Source: an uncultured Candidatus Saccharibacteria bacterium (GTDB taxonomy: Bacteria > Patescibacteriota > Saccharimonadia > CAILAD01 > BJGX01). From it: a stretch of DNA of 58,817 nt. Position numbers and translations under genes: made by a program. Below the pieces are notes generated by a model, which made no database searches, was not told the DNA's origin, and was given only the letters and a program-made list of their open reading frames with translations. Where the stretch lies: NCBI GenBank assembly GCA_964481235.1, contig CAYZYH010000006.1:1-58817 (forward strand). Reading direction: 5' to 3'. Below are positions 25,561-35,862 of this stretch, piece by piece. Position 1 is the stretch's first letter, and every line of letters starts with the position of its first letter.

Positions 25561-28002
25561 CTACACCTGTAGGTCACCAACATCAAGCACTACTTGGGCG
25601 CCCTTCTGAACTTTGCCAGACAGTATTTGCTTGGCAACGGTATTCTCTACCATTCTTTGTACGGCTCTTCTCATTGGTCTAGCTCCTAATCTAGGATCAT
25701 AGCCAACATCTACTAGGTGTGTGTAGGCAGACTCAGTGAGTTGTACAGAAATTTTCTGCGCCGAGAGTTCTTTATTTACACCTCTTATCATTAAATATGC
25801 TACTTGCAGAAGTTCTTTCTTATTGAGTGGCCTAAACAGCACCAGCTCGTCAAAACGATTAATAAGTTCTGGTTTGAATAGGTGTTGATTTATAATATTG
25901 TCGGTAAATTCTTGCTCAAATTGTTCTAGTGATTGACCAGCCTCTATGTGTGATCTAATTTCATCAGAGCCAGCATTTGAGGTACAAATAACTATTGCTT
26001 CTTTAAATGAAACTTTTTTACCACTCTCGTCGGTAAGTACCCCTTCGTCTAATAATTGTAAAAGTAAATTCAATATATCGGGGTTGGCTTTTTCTATCTC
26101 GTCGAATAATACTACTGAGAACGGTTTCTGTGTAATAGCTTCAAGTAATGGACTACCAGCTTCATCCTCTGAGCTAGCCGATAAGAATCTATGAACATCT
26201 TCTGTAGTCTGATACTCACTCATATCTAAGCGAATCATATCTCCTTCTCCACCGAAATACACTGCCGCCAAAGACTTGGCTAGTTCTGTTTTACCTACAC
26301 CAGTTGGTCCCAAAAATAAGAAGCTTCCAACTGGTCTATTGGTGTTTCTCACACCTGCTCTTGAGCGTCTCAAAGCATCCGCCACTACCTTCACTGCTCT
26401 TTCCTGGTTGATCATGCGTTGGTGTATAAGATCTTCAAGTTGTAATAGTTGACCCTTTTCTTGGTTATCACCTTCTTTTACCTTAGTATTGGCAATTATT
26501 TCAACTGCCTGCTGTACAGACTCGGGGGTAATAATGCCATTAACCGGATAGTTGCAGCTATCTTCTAGTAGATCGATAGCTTTCGAAGGCATGCCTTTAT
26601 CTTGTATGTACCTTTCCGCTAGTCTATAGGTCTCCTCAAGAGCCTTAAAGGTAATAGCTCTGCGATACTGAGCCTCAAAATTTATGGCTATATCTTGCAA
26701 AATAGCTATGGTTTGTGCTTGATCAGCTTCTGCAACATCTACTCTAGTAAAAGTTTGTCCTAGACTAGGATTACTAGAGGTAAGCTTATGCCAATCTTGA
26801 TTATTCATAGATATAATACATTTAAGACCGGTTCGCTCTAATATCGGTAAAAGTATTTTAGAAATATTAACTGTACCTGGCTCATTACTGAAAAATAACT
26901 GGGCTTCATCAAAAAACAGGATAATATTACCGGCTTTTACTGTGTTAACAAATATTTGTTCAAATATTTGTTCTATATGTGTATCCTCTGTTACTGAAGC
27001 AGTGACAACTGTAGGGTCTATCTGAACAATTTGTTTATATTGCAGGCTAGGGTCAGTCTCACCTCTTATCATTTGCTCAGCCAGTGCGTAAACTAGAGCT
27101 GATTTTCCTACCCCTACCTCGCCAATCAATGCAATACTTCCTCTATTTGGTCTAGCTAAGTTTGTAGACATTTGCTCAAGTACATGCCCTCTACTTACAC
27201 CTGAGAAGTCTTGGTTGCCATTCTGTATCTCTAAGCTAATATTGTGCCCGTATTGGTCAAGTATAGGTGTAAATCCCGATGCCCAGTCCCTACCTATACC
27301 TCCAAACATATTATTTTTCTTAGGTGTTAACTCTCTTTTTAAAAGTGATTCTTGCCACTGTAGACCCTGCACTATATCTTCGATGTCGAGAGCGAGCGTT
27401 GTGATATATTCAACTATTTTGGGTGTGCCAACAATAATTGCTGTAGCAATCACTCCTGCGTTTACCTCGCGCACTGGCATTTGCTGTACAAGCTGTACAC
27501 ACAGGTGCCACATAGCTGCACTATCAGAAGGACTCTGCGATATTCTAGACACTATCTCGGCTTCACTGAGCTCGTAGTGCAATAGCAAGAATCTTAGCTC
27601 CCAATTCTTATTAATGCTCTCCCAAACTTGTTTTGGCGACATTGTAGCATTAATACTCGACACAATATCACTTGCTAGCACCTTATCTAGAGCTAGTGAG
27701 CCGTCTGTGGCTGACATAACGGCAGGAATATCGCCTAGATCCCAGCTCAGCCAAAAACTAAAGCATATAAAGCTAGTAGCTAATCCTATAAGTATATAAC
27801 CTGGATGTATACCAACGAATACTAAGATAACCCCGCCGACTATTAATAAAATACTTAGAAAGGTGCTTATTTTGGCTGTTGAGTGAGGAAAATGGTTTAC
27901 AAACTTTGCTTTTCGCACCCTCATCGTTGTTGAATATGTGATATCGCTCATGAGAATCCTAAAATAAAGAAGCCTACTAAACCAAATGGTAAGAAAGGCC
28001 AA
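25561..28002 (-). CDS. Clp/Hsp100-family double-AAA+ ATPase (ClpC/ClpA-like) with an N-terminal transmembrane region
   Basis: Two Walker A sites (GEVGVGKSA; GPTGVGKTEL). The Clp_N-like region is preceded by ~100 aa containing 2-3 hydrophobic helices (LSILLIVGGVILVFVGIHPGYILIGLATSFICFSFWL). The true start may be an internal Met. Confidence 0.75.
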   Translation of the reverse strand: MAFLTIWFSRLLYFRILMSDITYSTTMRVRKAKFVNHFPHSTAKISTFLSILLIVGGVILVFVGIHPGYILIGLATSFICFSFWLSWDLGDIPAVMSATDGSLALDKVLASDIVSSINATMSPKQVWESINKNWELRFLLLHYELSEAEIVSRISQSPSDSAAMWHLCVQLVQQMPVREVNAGVIATAIIVGTPKIVEYITTLALDIEDIVQGLQWQESLLKRELTPKKNNMFGGIGRDWASGFTPILDQYGHNISLEIQNGNQDFSGVSRGHVLEQMSTNLARPNRGSIALIGEVGVGKSALVYALAEQMIRGETDPSLQYKQIVQIDPTVVTASVTEDTHIEQIFEQIFVNTVKAGNIILFFDEAQLFFSNEPGTVNISKILLPILERTGLKCIISMNNQDWHKLTSSNPSLGQTFTRVDVAEADQAQTIAILQDIAINFEAQYRRAITFKALEETYRLAERYIQDKGMPSKAIDLLEDSCNYPVNGIITPESVQQAVEIIANTKVKEGDNQEKGQLLQLEDLIHQRMINQERAVKVVADALRRSRAGVRNTNRPVGSFLFLGPTGVGKTELAKSLAAVYFGGEGDMIRLDMSEYQTTEDVHRFLSASSEDEAGSPLLEAITQKPFSVVLFDEIEKANPDILNLLLQLLDEGVLTDESGKKVSFKEAIVICTSNAGSDEIRSHIEAGQSLEQFEQEFTDNIINQHLFKPELINRFDELVLFRPLNKKELLQVAYLMIRGVNKELSAQKISVQLTESAYTHLVDVGYDPRLGARPMRRAVQRMVENTVAKQILSGKVQKGAQVVLDVGDLQV

Positions 28003-28307
28003 ATTATTAAAATTACCAAGCTTACCACTAGCATAGCTACCATTGAGACTAGTCCAGCGACAATAGTAAATAATCTAATAGTAAAGCCCACAAATCTCGA
28101 TACTAAGTTATCTACTATAGCCCTAAAGAAATTCTGTATTCCTTTACCAGAATCTGTTTGAATTCTCTTCCAGGGTGCAAAAAGTGTTTTCAACAAAATT
28201 GGTATAGAAAACATATACCATATAGCCTTAAGACGCGCTTGGAGAGTTGAAGCTAATCGGGCAAAGCCTCGAGTATACCACCAGGAGAAAAACTCAATAA
28301 TAAGCAT
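27948..28307 (-). CDS. Small integral membrane protein, unknown function
   Basis: 119 aa and very hydrophobic. Overlaps the 5' end of the Clp ATPase ORF, so one of the two starts is probably mis-set. Confidence 0.35.
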   Translation of the reverse strand: MLIIEFFSWWYTRGFARLASTLQARLKAIWYMFSIPILLKTLFAPWKRIQTDSGKGIQNFFRAIVDNLVSRFVGFTIRLFTIVAGLVSMVAMLVVSLVILIIWPFLPFGLVGFFILGFS

Positions 28308-28451
28308 GTATATATTGTAACAAACTTATGCTTATATTGGCTACCTTGATTTCAGATAGAAATATTATTCATAGTGTAGCACAACGTAACAGCACATAGA
28401 TTTCATATAGTCTGACCAAGTAAACATGCCCACATAGTGAGCATTTTTACT

Positions 28452-28527
28452 TGGTCAGGGTGACAGGACTTGAACCTGCGACCTCACGGCCCCCAGCCGT
28501 ACGCGCTACCAACTGCGCCACACCCTG
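28452..28527 (-). tRNA. tRNA-Pro (anticodon GGG)
   Basis: Cloverleaf checked by eye: acceptor CAGGGUG/CACCCUG, anticodon arm UACGG-CUGGGGG-CCGUG, and an encoded CCA. Confidence 0.85.
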
Positions 28528-28668
28528 TTGTTAAAATTTTGCATTAAAATATAAAATTACTACTATACATAAGATTATAACAAATATAGTTTATTAAAAG
28601 TATTTACATAGTTCTTATGCTATGACATACTAAGTATGTAATTTTAGTGTGTATATCTTTTATATTAT

Positions 28669-29205
28669 ATGGTTAAAACTAATAAAACTGCGCAGATATT
28701 GCGCTATATTTCTCGTAAAAAAATATGTAGCCTTGCCGATATAACTACTAAACAACAGTTGTTAGATGTTTTTGTGGATACCAATTCTACTACCCCCAAA
28801 CGTAGGCTAATAGACGCTTTAAGTCTGCTTGCAAAAAAAGGCTATATTTCTGTAGGGACTGTAGACAATGACAAGGTTTATAAAATAACCGATAAAGGCC
28901 TTGGGCACCTTAAACGTGTGGAGATACTTGAAATAGATATAAACAACTCAACCTGGGATGGTCGGTGGTATATAGTAACTTTTGATATTCCAGAGAACAA
29001 AAAAGTCATTCGCAATCAAATCATACTATGTCTTAAAAGGCACGATTTCTACAATTATACTAAGGGTATATGGGTTTACCCACACAATCCTATCAAGCTA
29101 ATTAACGAATTACGTGAGCAGTACTCAATTCAGAAGCAACTTAAGTTGATTGTTGCATACCATATAGATGGCGAGCGACAATTAAAAAAGCATTTTCAGT
29201 TGTAG
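28669..29205 (+). CDS. PaaX-like winged-helix regulator domain protein
   Basis: 178 aa. An N-terminal wHTH-like region is followed by WDGRWYIVTFDIPE, which matches the PaaX-type W(D/N)GxW...D.PE motif. Confidence 0.5.
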   Translation: MVKTNKTAQILRYISRKKICSLADITTKQQLLDVFVDTNSTTPKRRLIDALSLLAKKGYISVGTVDNDKVYKITDKGLGHLKRVEILEIDINNSTWDGRWYIVTFDIPENKKVIRNQIILCLKRHDFYNYTKGIWVYPHNPIKLINELREQYSIQKQLKLIVAYHIDGERQLKKHFQL

Positions 29206-29406
29206 CTTTAAAAAAAATGAATAATTACTAAAAAACCCGCGATGCCGAAAAGTCTTTGCAAATAACCTTTCCCGTCAATATATACAGGTGGGTGCCCTCA
29301 ACACAATGACAATTATCAGGGGTAATCTTGGGCTCCCTTAAAGTTATGCTTAATCAGAAAAAATTATTAAAGACTTAAAATAGCTCGAGCATAGCAGGCT
29401 ATAGAC

Positions 29407-30039
29407 TTATTGTAGCACGATAGGATGTCCTAGTATAACCGATGCTAAGCCCGTGACTACGCTTAATATAAATGGCCCAATAAACTTATAAAGTAGTAAA
29501 AGTATTACAAATATCATTAATATACCATAGCGCTCCATCTGGTCCATTACATCCTGCATACTACTTGGTAACGCAGCATATAGCACCCTAGATCCGTCTA
29601 GAGGCGGTATAGGTATCATATTAAACACAAAAAAAGCTAAGTTGATTAGCACGAATTGCAACAAGAATATTCCTGCTATTCCACCTAGGTCAAATAATCT
29701 AAGAAACAAACCTGCAAAAATTGCCATAATCAAGTTACTTGCTGGTCCAGCAACCGCTACCAAGGCTGACCCCCATTTACCGTAACGCACCGCATATGGA
29801 TTAAAGGGCACGGGTTTGGCAGCTCCAAATACTACCGGCGAACCAATAAGTATGAGTGCTACAGGCAAGAATAGTGTTGAAAAAGGATCAATATGGGCGA
29901 TCGGGTTGAGAGTGAGCCTACCCTCTCTCTTTGCAGTCACATCACCCAGTAAATGCCCCGCCCAGGCATGGCAAAACTCATGTACCGTAAGAGCAATAAT
30001 TACAATAACTAGATATAACCCAATCGCCGCTAAGTTCAT
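29407..30039 (-). CDS. Site-2 protease family zinc metalloprotease (peptidase M50)
   Basis: HEFCHAWAGH (HExxH within a TM helix) in a polytopic membrane protein with a later LDGS-type motif (PLDGSRV). Confidence 0.75.
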   Translation of the reverse strand: MNLAAIGLYLVIVIIALTVHEFCHAWAGHLLGDVTAKREGRLTLNPIAHIDPFSTLFLPVALILIGSPVVFGAAKPVPFNPYAVRYGKWGSALVAVAGPASNLIMAIFAGLFLRLFDLGGIAGIFLLQFVLINLAFFVFNMIPIPPLDGSRVLYAALPSSMQDVMDQMERYGILMIFVILLLLYKFIGPFILSVVTGLASVILGHPIVLQ

Positions 30040-30085
30040 AGTCTTACCATCTTACCAAATATAAACATAAACATAAACCAAGTAT

Positions 30086-30919
30086 TTAGTAGAACTGACC
30101 TTTTTTATATGTCCCCAGCTCAAAGCACTCACAGTCTATTTTACTTAATTCGGTCATAGTTTTTATTGTATTATCACTTTGAGAACCGGCATCGATATCT
30201 ATATAAAACTGATAGTGCCATGCTTTACCAATTATAGGCCGTGACTCTAGTTTTGAAAGATTGATGTTGTTTCTTGCAAACACTCCTAGCGCCTTATATA
30301 GCGAACCTGGCTGATGATTAGTACGGAGTATTAAAGAAGTCTTCTCAGCATTAGAGTCTGCTTCTTTTTGTTTGGATATCACAATAAACCTTGTGTAATT
30401 TTGTTTGTGAGATTCAATCTCTTCAGCTAACACTTCGAGACCATGATGCTTAGCAGACTCTTTACTACCAATTGCTACTATTTTGTTATCTGCTAACATG
30501 GCCACTTTTTCTACACTAGCTGCAGTATCATGCTCTTCAACCCTCTCGGCAAAATCTAAGTGTTTATCTAACCAATCTTCACATTGTGCCAAAGCCGGTA
30601 ACTGGGAATGAATCTCTTTTATTTGTTTTAAATTAGTTCCCTTTAGGCCTACTAAACAGTGGTTGATTCTAAGATATACTTCGCCGACTATCAATGTTTT
30701 TTTCTTCATTAGTTGGGCATATACATCAGCGATGGAGCCGAAAAGCGAGTTTTCAATTGCTACCAAGCCATAATCGGATTCACTGGTAGCCACATCTTTA
30801 AAAACCTCTTTAAAGGTATCTCTATGCAAAACATTGGTTTTGTTTTTGCCAAAATACTTTTGCCTGGCAATATCGTGAAAGGAATAGCTTTTACCCTGTA
30901 TAGAAACGGTGCTTTTCAT
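30086..30919 (-). CDS. pheA: Prephenate dehydratase
   Basis: 277 aa with a PDT domain, the ESRP motif (LSKLESRPI) and a C-terminal ACT domain. Confidence 0.8.
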   Translation of the reverse strand: MKSTVSIQGKSYSFHDIARQKYFGKNKTNVLHRDTFKEVFKDVATSESDYGLVAIENSLFGSIADVYAQLMKKKTLIVGEVYLRINHCLVGLKGTNLKQIKEIHSQLPALAQCEDWLDKHLDFAERVEEHDTAASVEKVAMLADNKIVAIGSKESAKHHGLEVLAEEIESHKQNYTRFIVISKQKEADSNAEKTSLILRTNHQPGSLYKALGVFARNNINLSKLESRPIIGKAWHYQFYIDIDAGSQSDNTIKTMTELSKIDCECFELGTYKKGQFY

Positions 30920-31038
30920 AAGTTAGAAATTATACCAGAATATATTAATTCACACAAACTACCATACTCAAAATACTTACTGTACTCTTGCATTACTTGA
31001 TACGCTATGATAATATAACAAAGTTAATTTTAAAGATT

Positions 31039-31269
31039 ATGTCATACAAATGCGATATCACAGGTAAGGGTAAACAATTTGGTAATAACCGCTCACACTC
31101 TATGCGAGCAACCAAAAAAACCTGGAAGCCCAACTTACAGAAAAAAACCCTGGTCATTGATGGCCAAAAGGTTAGATTAAAGCTGGCTACATCTACTATA
31201 CGCACTCTCCGTAAGTATCAAACCCAGATAGATAAAAAAGAACTTATTGCAATCGAAAAAGAAGCTTAA
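31039..31269 (+). CDS. rpmB: 50S ribosomal protein L28
   Basis: MSYKCDITGKGKQFGNNRSHSMRATKKTWKPNLQ is bL28. The start is set at the internal ATG (31039) rather than the ORF-track start at 30988. Confidence 0.8.
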   Translation: MSYKCDITGKGKQFGNNRSHSMRATKKTWKPNLQKKTLVIDGQKVRLKLATSTIRTLRKYQTQIDKKELIAIEKEA

Positions 31270-31304
31270 AAAGCTTCTTTTTTTGATATTAGCTGTAAAT
31301 ATTA

Positions 31305-31844
31305 TTATTCTATAACTACCAGTCTTTGTTGATCTACATCGATAAGTTCTTTTTTCTGCACCTTAAACTTAGTAGTTTTTTCTTGCTCTTGGCCAAGCTC
31401 ATCTATAAATGCTTTTAAGTCATCTGGAGTATAACTATGCGGAATAACCACTTTTGGTTCTATTTGGCTAATCACCTTGGTGATAGTTCCGGTTTTGTCG
31501 CTTTTAACAGGAACGAGCAAAATATCTACACTCGCAAATGCTTCAAGTTGTTGATCACTCAATACATCTTCTATTGAGGCTAAGTAGGCCACTCTAATAC
31601 CTTCGCTAAGTACCGAAAAAGCTGTATTGTCTTTGGCTATATCTATTGCATCGATCATGCAGTTTTTAACTTCATACTCACCTGGTGAGTCAAAAACCAC
31701 TAGCCCGTCTACTTTATTAACTTTGTCTTTTTGGTGATCTGAAAAAAGCACTGCATCAGCTTTAGGGTTCATATCTTCAAGTGATATATTGATTGATTTA
31801 GTAACAATATAAAAATGGTTTTTGTTGGTCTTTGTAATTTCCAT
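31305..31844 (-). CDS. Hypothetical protein (179 aa), possibly a hydrolase fold
   Basis: Clean ORF. A weak H..D pattern (LFSDHQKD) is the only hint. Family unassigned. Confidence 0.35.
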   Translation of the reverse strand: MEITKTNKNHFYIVTKSINISLEDMNPKADAVLFSDHQKDKVNKVDGLVVFDSPGEYEVKNCMIDAIDIAKDNTAFSVLSEGIRVAYLASIEDVLSDQQLEAFASVDILLVPVKSDKTGTITKVISQIEPKVVIPHSYTPDDLKAFIDELGQEQEKTTKFKVQKKELIDVDQQRLVVIE

Positions 31845-31896
31845 GACTTAATTAGTATATATTAATTTTAGCTAAATTATTGAATTTTTTTGTACC

Positions 31897-32949
31897 TTAT
31901 TTCTCTACCTGCTCGTTGTAATATTGATATAAGCTACTCACTATTACCGATGCTGCTGCTGTAACCGGTACAGCTATTAATACACCTACAAAACCAAATA
32001 GCGTTCCTCCTATTAAAGCAGCTAGCAGTACCAACATAGGGTGTATTCCTACGGTCTTCTTCATTACTTGTGGCACAATAAGGTTTCCCTCTATCTGCTG
32101 AATTACTAAGAAAAATATTGCAACAATAACTGCCTTGAGCGGCGACCCGGTAAGTAGTGCAAATAATACAGCGGGGATTGCTCCTAAATATGCTCCAACC
32201 ATCGGTACAGCCTCCATAAGACCTGCAAATAATGCAAGTGTAAGAGCATAATCCACACCAATTACACTTAGACCTATATAAGACGCTACAAAAATTATCA
32301 AGCAAAGTATAGCTTGGCCACGCAGCCATCCACCAAGCTTATTCGAAACATCATGTAGTAGCTTAACAAACTGCTCTCGCCAAAGCTTCTTTGGTAACAT
32401 ACCAGATAATAAAACCGCAAACTGTCTACCGCTAGCTAGCATATAGATTAAAAATATAAAGAAAGTTAAAAAACTAAATAAACCACCCGCTACTCCTAAA
32501 GATATGGCTGTGGCATTAGCACTAATTCTTTCTGCACTTTTGTGAAGATTTTCGGCTGCCTTGTCGTAGATAAACTGTGTATATGTTTGATGTGACGAAA
32601 ATTCTTGAATTTTGTCCTGATAATACGGCCAATGAGAGTTTAGAGTTCTGGCCTGGGTAACTATTGTTGGTATTATGAGTGCCGAGACTATAACAAAAAC
32701 CGCCACGATACTTATTACTACAATCGCTACAGCCAAACCTCTACGCAAATGTAACCTTCTTTCAATACTAGATACTACCGGGTTTAAGGCTACTGCGAAT
32801 ATCCCTGCCGCAAGAAGAGATATTATTATTCCAGATATCTGAAACATAACCCACACAAACAAAACCGTTAGTAGTAAATACAAAAACGATAGTGGTGAGA
32901 TTATAATTATATGTCGTTTGGTATCTTTCATCTCTTTATTGGTTATCAC
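31897..32949 (-). CDS. AI-2E family transporter (PerM/YdiK-like permease)
   Basis: 350 aa with ~8 TM segments and a conserved C-terminal region (GTLFGFVGVLIAVPVTAA). Confidence 0.7.
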   Translation of the reverse strand: MITNKEMKDTKRHIIIISPLSFLYLLLTVLFVWVMFQISGIIISLLAAGIFAVALNPVVSSIERRLHLRRGLAVAIVVISIVAVFVIVSALIIPTIVTQARTLNSHWPYYQDKIQEFSSHQTYTQFIYDKAAENLHKSAERISANATAISLGVAGGLFSFLTFFIFLIYMLASGRQFAVLLSGMLPKKLWREQFVKLLHDVSNKLGGWLRGQAILCLIIFVASYIGLSVIGVDYALTLALFAGLMEAVPMVGAYLGAIPAVLFALLTGSPLKAVIVAIFFLVIQQIEGNLIVPQVMKKTVGIHPMLVLLAALIGGTLFGFVGVLIAVPVTAAASVIVSSLYQYYNEQVEK

Positions 32950-33634
32950 TTTGTTCTGATTGTATTGGTATCTTGGCGCTATTGTCTTTTATGATAGGGT
33001 TAACTACTTTTGGCTCAGATGTAACTGTTGGCTCTGTATCAGAGAAAATATTTAGATTATCATATAAAACATCTTTTTTGGCATCTAGGATATCGGTTAG
33101 AAACCTATCGTTAAGGTTTCGTCGATAATCAAAGTCTTCTAAACGCATTGCTGTGTAATTTAGCTCTCGGGTCATTTCTTTTTCCATCTCACCGATTATC
33201 TGAGCTAACTTTGCACTATTCATGTCGCCCACTATGAAGATATCTATCTGTTGATCACTACCTCTTACGAATGCACCAGTTAAGAATAATAACCTTACGT
33301 TACCAGCTTTTTTAATGCGTTTAAGAATCTGATCATCTTCTTTGGTCTGCTTGATTACTTTAGATTTAGCGGGGATTTTTGAGAAAATAGACTGCAATTC
33401 GTTGTGAAAAGCGTATTTTTGGTTTACTTCGTAATACAGCCTATTGCCTTGGCTAACCGATCTAACTATACCTATATTTAAGAGGTTTTGTAGCTCACGT
33501 CTGACTGAGTTTATTTGCTCGTCAATTTTGCGAGTAATTTCTCGTACATAAAAAGGTCGTTCTGGATTGTTATAAAACAGACTTAGTAATTTTACTCGTG
33601 TTTTTGATCCAAACAATTGTTCAAACATTACCAC
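32936..33634 (-). CDS. Winged-helix plus nucleotidyltransferase-domain protein
   Basis: N-terminal wHTH (VREITRKIDEQINSVRRELQNLLNIGIV) and a C-terminal GS-x-D-type NTase motif (GAFVRGSDQQIDIFIVGD). Confidence 0.5.
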   Translation of the reverse strand: MVMFEQLFGSKTRVKLLSLFYNNPERPFYVREITRKIDEQINSVRRELQNLLNIGIVRSVSQGNRLYYEVNQKYAFHNELQSIFSKIPAKSKVIKQTKEDDQILKRIKKAGNVRLLFLTGAFVRGSDQQIDIFIVGDMNSAKLAQIIGEMEKEMTRELNYTAMRLEDFDYRRNLNDRFLTDILDAKKDVLYDNLNIFSDTEPTVTSEPKVVNPIIKDNSAKIPIQSEQSDNQ

Positions 33635-33742
33635 TCCTTTTTATTATAGTATAGTTGTTCATAAACCTATAGACTACAATGTTACATCTGATTATACATG
33701 CAATTGAACACATTTTACAAGTTGCGCAAATAATAGTTTGTT

Positions 33743-34459
33743 TTATTGGGGTCTTTTTTGTGCAACTCTTGCAGCGATATTTTCTAACCAATCGTCGAGC
33801 CTAGAAAGTCGATAGTCGCTATTACTTAAGCGCACAGCCTGCTCAATAATATAATCAGCTACAACTGGATTTTTCGGTAAGAATGATCCGTGCAAATAAG
33901 TACCGATTGCGTTGTTACTAAAAATCCCCTCTTCTTTGGATACCTTATTGTTTCCAAAGCCTTTGGTAACTAAGCCTAGAGGTTTTTCACCCGCCAAGAG
34001 CTCTGTATTGCCACTATGATTCTCAAAACCTACCATTTCACCAAATTTATCACTATTAATAACAATGTTTCCTATCATCCTAAATTCTGTTGCTTTTGTT
34101 ATTGCATTGAATATACCTATACCTGGTATATCTTCTTGGTTTGAGGTAACAAAGTACTTACCAAAAAGCTGATAACCGCCACAAATAGCAAGCATCGGAA
34201 CTTTTCTATTAAAATGGTCGTGTATTATTTTTCTGTGTTTTTGCAAGTCTTGTGCCGCATAAGTTTGTCCTTTGTCCTGCCCACCACCGATAAATATAAT
34301 ATCGAAATCATCTTTAAGATTGTCATCTATTAAGTGCTTATGGTATTCATATTTTATACCACGCCACTCCATCCTTTTTTGTAGAGTAATGATATTACCA
34401 AAATCACCATATATATTCATTCTATCTGGGTATAAATGAAGTATTTTTATAGGTTTCAT
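33743..34459 (-). CDS. gatD: Lipid II isoglutaminyl synthase glutaminase subunit GatD (CobQ-type GATase)
   Basis: 238 aa with a class-I GATase fold and a catalytic Cys in AICGGYQL. It is immediately downstream of murT with a 4-nt overlap. Confidence 0.8.
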   Translation of the reverse strand: MKPIKILHLYPDRMNIYGDFGNIITLQKRMEWRGIKYEYHKHLIDDNLKDDFDIIFIGGGQDKGQTYAAQDLQKHRKIIHDHFNRKVPMLAICGGYQLFGKYFVTSNQEDIPGIGIFNAITKATEFRMIGNIVINSDKFGEMVGFENHSGNTELLAGEKPLGLVTKGFGNNKVSKEEGIFSNNAIGTYLHGSFLPKNPVVADYIIEQAVRLSNSDYRLSRLDDWLENIAARVAQKRPQ

Positions 34460-35838
34460 GAAGAAATACCTCTTATACTACCGTTGCTCTTTTTTGCAAT
34501 TTCCTTTCGTATAATCATCATTGCTGTATAAGTGGGAAGTATATATGCCGTATTATCCCTGGGTGTAAGTTCAATAAGTTTATCTAGAGCCTTTTCTATG
34601 TTGGGCTCAATACTTATTTGATCAATACTAATGCCGGCGTACTTAAGTCTGAGTGCCATATCGTAAGCTCGGCTTCCACTTACTACGATTTTTGCTTTGT
34701 AGCTACTAATATCTTCTATCGCGCTATCCCATAACCAAGACACATCTCTACCGTCTGCTAAGTGATCATTGATACATATTAGTAGTGGTTGGGTTTGAGG
34801 CTTTGGTTTTAAATAGGTTTGTATTACTTGATTGAATCCGGTAGGGTTTTTAATAAGAATTAGCTCTATTTGTCTTTTAGAGTAAGTTAGCTCTTCACCT
34901 CTACCGAAGGCCGGAGTACTATTATTAAGCGTTTCTATAAGGGCTTTAGTTTTTATATTAACGATATTTGCAACACCTATAACCGCTAAGGCATTGTATA
35001 TATTATACAGACCTGGCAACTTTAGGTTAATTTTTAGTACTTCTGTTGGTGTTTTTACATCAATTTTAGAACCATTCTTAGATATTTGGTGCATTCTCGA
35101 TAGTGTTATTTGGGGTTTTGGCCTTGAGTTCTGAGTATTTTTTGACCTGTAGATTCCTATATGGCTAAAATAACGTTGTGTATATTTCAACTTTTTGCCA
35201 GTATTTATGTCGAATACACTATCGGCAGTATAATCATGTTCAATCTTCTCACCAATATATTCATTAACGCCAAAATATACTACGTCTTTTTTAGATTCTC
35301 TGCCCAAACTTGCTACTAGGGGGTCGTCAGCATTAAGAATAAGAGTAGATTGAAGATCTTTAAAGGTGTTGCGAAAGTTATTTGCTATGCTGTCAAGTTC
35401 ACCGTATCGGTCTAGCTGATCTCTAAACAAGTTGGTAACTACAAGGTAGTCGGGCTTTAGATCTCTACACACACTAGGTATGTAAGCCTCATCCACCTCA
35501 AAAACGGCCATATCCTCTTTGCATCTACCTTTGCTATTGCTATGAGCCAAAATTGTGGCAATAACACCTCTTCTAAGGTTAGAGCCTGCAGTATTGCGAA
35601 CAAAGCTGATACTACTACGCTTTAAAACGTCTGCTATTATTTTTGATGTGGTAGTCTTACCGTTCGTACCTGTAACAACAATGACACCTTTTGGAAAATT
35701 ATTTTTACGTAACTTACTGAGTAGATTAGAGTCTATTTTTTCGGCAACCAAGCCAGGCATAGCCGTACCGCTCAATCTAAACAGCTTACCTGTTGAGCTA
35801 GCTAGCTTCGCCGATTGAATTGCTATATATTTACGCAT
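34456..35838 (-). CDS. murT: Lipid II isoglutaminyl synthase subunit MurT (Mur-ligase family)
   Basis: Mur-ligase central domain P-loop (TGTNGKTTT) and a C-terminal DUF1727-like region. Paired with gatD. Confidence 0.8.
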   Translation of the reverse strand: MRKYIAIQSAKLASSTGKLFRLSGTAMPGLVAEKIDSNLLSKLRKNNFPKGVIVVTGTNGKTTTSKIIADVLKRSSISFVRNTAGSNLRRGVIATILAHSNSKGRCKEDMAVFEVDEAYIPSVCRDLKPDYLVVTNLFRDQLDRYGELDSIANNFRNTFKDLQSTLILNADDPLVASLGRESKKDVVYFGVNEYIGEKIEHDYTADSVFDINTGKKLKYTQRYFSHIGIYRSKNTQNSRPKPQITLSRMHQISKNGSKIDVKTPTEVLKINLKLPGLYNIYNALAVIGVANIVNIKTKALIETLNNSTPAFGRGEELTYSKRQIELILIKNPTGFNQVIQTYLKPKPQTQPLLICINDHLADGRDVSWLWDSAIEDISSYKAKIVVSGSRAYDMALRLKYAGISIDQISIEPNIEKALDKLIELTPRDNTAYILPTYTAMMIIRKEIAKKSNGSIRGISS

Positions 35839-35862
35839 ATTGTTTATATTGTATCAGAGAAG

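Noticed and set aside
31934-32329. 131-aa Cys-rich ORF inside the AI-2E transporter gene
   Set aside because: Alternative frame on the same strand, fully embedded in a well-supported membrane-protein gene. No independent signals.
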